A stretch of DNA of 64,000 nt. Source: an uncultured Gemmatimonadaceae bacterium (GTDB lineage Bacteria > Gemmatimonadota > Gemmatimonadetes > Gemmatimonadales > Gemmatimonadaceae). The stretch lies in contig CAVVTZ010000007.1 in NCBI GenBank assembly GCA_963751275.1, forward strand, positions 128,001 to 192,000, given 5' to 3'. Within the stretch, counting starts at the first letter, position 1, and each line of letters begins with the position of its first letter. The notes beneath the pieces are model-generated. The model was not told the DNA's origin. It did not search any database and worked only from the letters and a program-made list of their open reading frames with translations. Positions 61,339 through 64,000 of the stretch are shown piece after piece. A program made the translations under genes and the position numbers.

Positions 61339-62154
61339 TTACGGCGCCGCTTCCTTGAGAGCATTGTCGATGTCGGGCCCGTGCTCCTGGTAGCCGGGCA
61401 GGTCCTTCTTCCGCTCGGCGGGGGCGGCGGCGATCAGGCGCTTGCCGTAGGAAGCCGCGGCCTTGGTGTCGCCCATGTCGCGCGCGACGCGCATGGCGAG
61501 CGCGAGGCCGAGAAGGTTCTTCGGCGACGCGGCGAGGATCGTGTCGGCCTGCGCCTTCGCGAGCGGCAGGGCGCCGGAGACCTCGGCGACTCGGCCGAGG
61601 TCGTAGCGCGTGTCGGCGGTGACGGCGGAATCCGGGATCATCTGGTACGCGCGGATCGCCATCGGCGCGAAGAGCGCGACGCTGTCCTTCTTTCCTTCGG
61701 TATTGAGCCGCATGATGCGATTGTAGAGGCGGCCGGCGGCCTCGCTCATCGACATGGAGCTGATGTCGACGGCGGAGGCGCCGGCGAGCGGCGTGTTCTC
61801 CGGCTGGTCCGCGGCGCCGGCGGCCGTCTCATTGCTCCCGAAGCTGCGCGACGCGATCAGCACGACCAGTGCGACGATCGCGATGCCGACGACGGCCCAG
61901 GGCGCCATCGCGGCGAAGCCGGTGGCGGCGGGGGAGACGGGGGCCGTGGTCTCCTCAACAGCAGGGGCGCGTTTCGCGCCCGGGTTCGTCGGAGTGCCGC
62001 AACGATGACAGAACTTCGCGCCGGCGGCGAGTTCCGCCTTGCACGACGCGCAGATGCCGCCGGTGAGGGTGCTCCCGCATTCGGAGCAGAATTTTCCCTT
62101 GGCGGCATGGCCGCAATTGGGGCACGTGATGGTATCGCTCGGTTCGTTCGCCAT
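61339..62154 (-). CDS. Multiple zinc-ribbon membrane protein with helical/TPR-like C-terminus
   Basis: CPNCG..FCSECG..CASC..FCHRCG and one TM segment. Confidence 0.8.
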   Translation of the reverse strand: MANEPSDTITCPNCGHAAKGKFCSECGSTLTGGICASCKAELAAGAKFCHRCGTPTNPGAKRAPAVEETTAPVSPAATGFAAMAPWAVVGIAIVALVVLIASRSFGSNETAAGAADQPENTPLAGASAVDISSMSMSEAAGRLYNRIMRLNTEGKKDSVALFAPMAIRAYQMIPDSAVTADTRYDLGRVAEVSGALPLAKAQADTILAASPKNLLGLALAMRVARDMGDTKAAASYGKRLIAAAPAERKKDLPGYQEHGPDIDNALKEAAP

Positions 62155-62227
62155 GGGTGGAAAGGTAAGCGACTACCCGCGCGAGTGCGATGTGTCCCGT
62201 GGAAATTGCAGAATCCGCACGTTTCCT

Positions 62228-62256
62228 TTGACACCGCGCGGGAATTCGGGTAGGTT
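62228..62256 (+). promoter_or_regulatory. Sigma70-type promoter of glnA
   Basis: TTGACA-N17-TAGGTT. Confidence 0.6.
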
Positions 62257-62290
62257 CGGCTCCCCACCCGCATCGCATCGTGAGGCTTTC

Positions 62291-63660
62291 GTGCCGCATC
62301 GCTCGCATCCGCCGGCGCCGAGAACGGCCGGCGCCACGAAGAAGGAGATCCTCGAGTTGACGCGCGCGAACAACGTGCGCTTCCTGCGGCTCCAGTTCAC
62401 GGACATCCTGGGCGTGAACAAGAACGTGGAGATCCCGGCGTCGCAGTTCGAGAAGGCGCTGGACGGGGACATCATGTTCGACGGTTCGTCGATCGAGGGA
62501 TTCGTGCGGATCGAGGAGTCGGACATGCTGCTCGCGCCCGATCTCGTCCACCTTCCAGATCTTCCCGTGGGAGAGCGCGCAGGAACAAGGTCGCGCGCAT
62601 CATCTGCGACATCAACACGCCCGACGACCAGCCCTTCGCCGGCGATCCCCGCGGCTGGCGCTCAAGCGGCAGATCGCGCGGCGCGGAAGCTGGGTTACAC
62701 GATGAACGCGGGCATGGAGGCGGAGTTCTTCCTGTTCAAGCGCGCCGCCGATGGCGCGCGACCACCGAGACGCACGATGTGGGCGCGCTACTTCGATCTC
62801 GCGCCGGTGGACCTGGGCGAGGACGCGCGGCGCTCGATCGTGGACGATCCTCGAGCGATGGGGTTCGAGGTGGAGGCGGCGCACCACGAGGTGGCGCACG
62901 GCCAGCACGAGATCGATTTCCGCTACGCGGATGCGCTGACGACGGCGGACAACATCGCGACGTTCCGTTTCGTGGTGAAGTACGTGGCGCAGCAATTCGG
63001 GCTGGTGGCGAGCTTCATGCCGAAGCCGGTGTTCGGGCAGAACGGCAGCGGCATGCACACGCATCAGTCGCTGTTCAAGGGCAAGGACGAACGCGTTCTG
63101 GGACCCGAAGGCGGAGTGGGAACTGAGCAAGACCGCGCTCCACTATATCGGCGGGCTGCTGCGGCACGCGCGCGGCTACTGCGCGATCACCAACCCGCTG
63201 GTGAATTCAGTACAAGCGGCTGGTGCCGGGCTACGAGGCGCCGGTGAACGTGGCGTGGTCGATGCGGAACCGCTCGCCGATGATCCGCATCCCCGACCGG
63301 CGCGGATTGGGCACGCGTGTGGAATTGCGCGTGCCCGACCCCTCGGCGAATCCCTATCTCGCGCTCACGGTGATGCTGGCGGCGGGGCTCGACGGCATCG
63401 AGACGAAGGCCGACCATCGTGAGCCGGTGAACGAGAACATCTGGGAGATGAGCTACCGCGAGAAGCGCCGCCTGCGCATCGACGATCTCCCGCACGATCT
63501 CAATGAGGCGTGCGATGAGCTGGAGAAGGACAAGGTCATCACGAATGCGCTTGGCGCGCACATCGCGAAGCATTTCGTGGACGCGAAGCGACAGGAGTGG
63601 CGGGACTACATCGGGCAGGTGAGTGCTTGGGAGCTGGAGAATTACCTCGCCAAGTATTGA
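62291..63660 (+). CDS. glnA: Glutamine synthetase type I (multiple frameshifts)
   Basis: LQFTDILG, FDGSSIEG, HHEVAHGQHEI, FMPKP..NGSGMH, LVPGYEAP, NRSPMIR, RVELRVPDPSANPY. Confidence 0.95.
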
Positions 63661-63786
63661 CGACAGTCGTTGGTCGTACGCGTTTGGAACGACGGTCGTT
63701 GGTCGTACGCGTTTGGAAGAGCTTGAGGGGCCGTCGCATTCGCGACGGCCCCTCATGTCCTCACTGAACGCATACGACCAACGACT
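63661..63786. repeat. Two 29-bp tandem copies plus an inverted partial copy flanking a terminator hairpin
   Basis: CGACRGTCGTTGGTCGTACGCGTTTGGAA at 63661-63689 and 63690-63718; inverted AACGCATACGACCAACGACT at 63767-63786. Confidence 0.8.
63724..63755. terminator. Terminator-like hairpin between convergent GS genes
   Basis: TGAGGGGCCGTCGC-attc-GCGACGGCCCCTCA, a perfect 14-bp stem. Confidence 0.75.
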
Positions 63787-63791
63787 TGCAG

Positions 63792-64000
63792 CTAGACAGG
63801 GAAGAGAATCTCGCGGTACTTCGGCAAGGGCCATTGTTCGTCGGCCACGATCAGCTCCAGCGTATCCGCGCTGTCGCGCACCTCGGCCATCCGCTCGGCG
63901 CCTTCGCTCGTGAGCAGCTTCGCTTGCTTCTCGGGCGCGTCGTGCATGCCCTCCGCCTGCTCGATCACCTTCGCGAGTTCGTTGCGCCGGGTCTGCAGCT
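63792..64000 (-). CDS. glnN: C-terminal end of glutamine synthetase type III (partial; frameshift near 63830)
   Basis: ..MAEVRDSADTLELIVADEQW|PLPKYREILFPV* matches the GSIII C-terminal WPLPKYRE.LF motif. Confidence 0.8.
   Translation of the reverse strand, partial: LQTRRNELAKVIEQAEGMHDAPEKQAKLLTSEGAERMAEVRDSADTLELIVADEQWPLPKYREILFPV

Noticed and set aside
63661..63718. Possible CRISPR repeats
   Set aside because: Only two abutting copies, no spacer and no cas genes.

Overview
GC-rich (about 70% by eye) bacterial chromosomal segment. Gene repertoire and protein style suggest Gemmatimonadota, which is an inference. It is mostly core and housekeeping content: a type IV minor-pilin operon, ispG, a divergent arginine cluster (argR-argG-argH / argC-argB-argD-argA) with two tandem ARG-box operators, secreted hydrolases and peptidases, thrB-moeB, a USP/two-component/heme-PAS/desaturase/YggX cluster, an NrtR-type regulator, two cold-shock genes, an S41-TolB-SPFH-Zn-YhaM operon, an orphan plasmid-type RepA, an RND efflux system behind a GAF kinase/HD-GYP pair, mqnD, and convergent glutamine synthetases of type I and type III. 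At least 13 genes carry single-base frameshifts, including argG, argH, thrB and glnA. These are best read as long-read indel errors rather than pseudogenes. I saw no rRNA, tRNA, CRISPR array, transposase or integrase. The most unusual features are several apparent pseudo-enzymes: a degenerate [FeFe]-hydrogenase/Nar1-fold protein, a HisKA_3 kinase with a dead ATPase domain beside a FixL-like heme kinase, an HD-less small alarmone hydrolase homologue, and a HisA paralogue lacking catalytic aspartates coupled to a Cys-rich regulator. Also notable are a very large PilX with a poly-proline tail, a charge-segregated histone-like protein and two palindromic repeat elements. All family assignments come from recalled motifs, not database searches.
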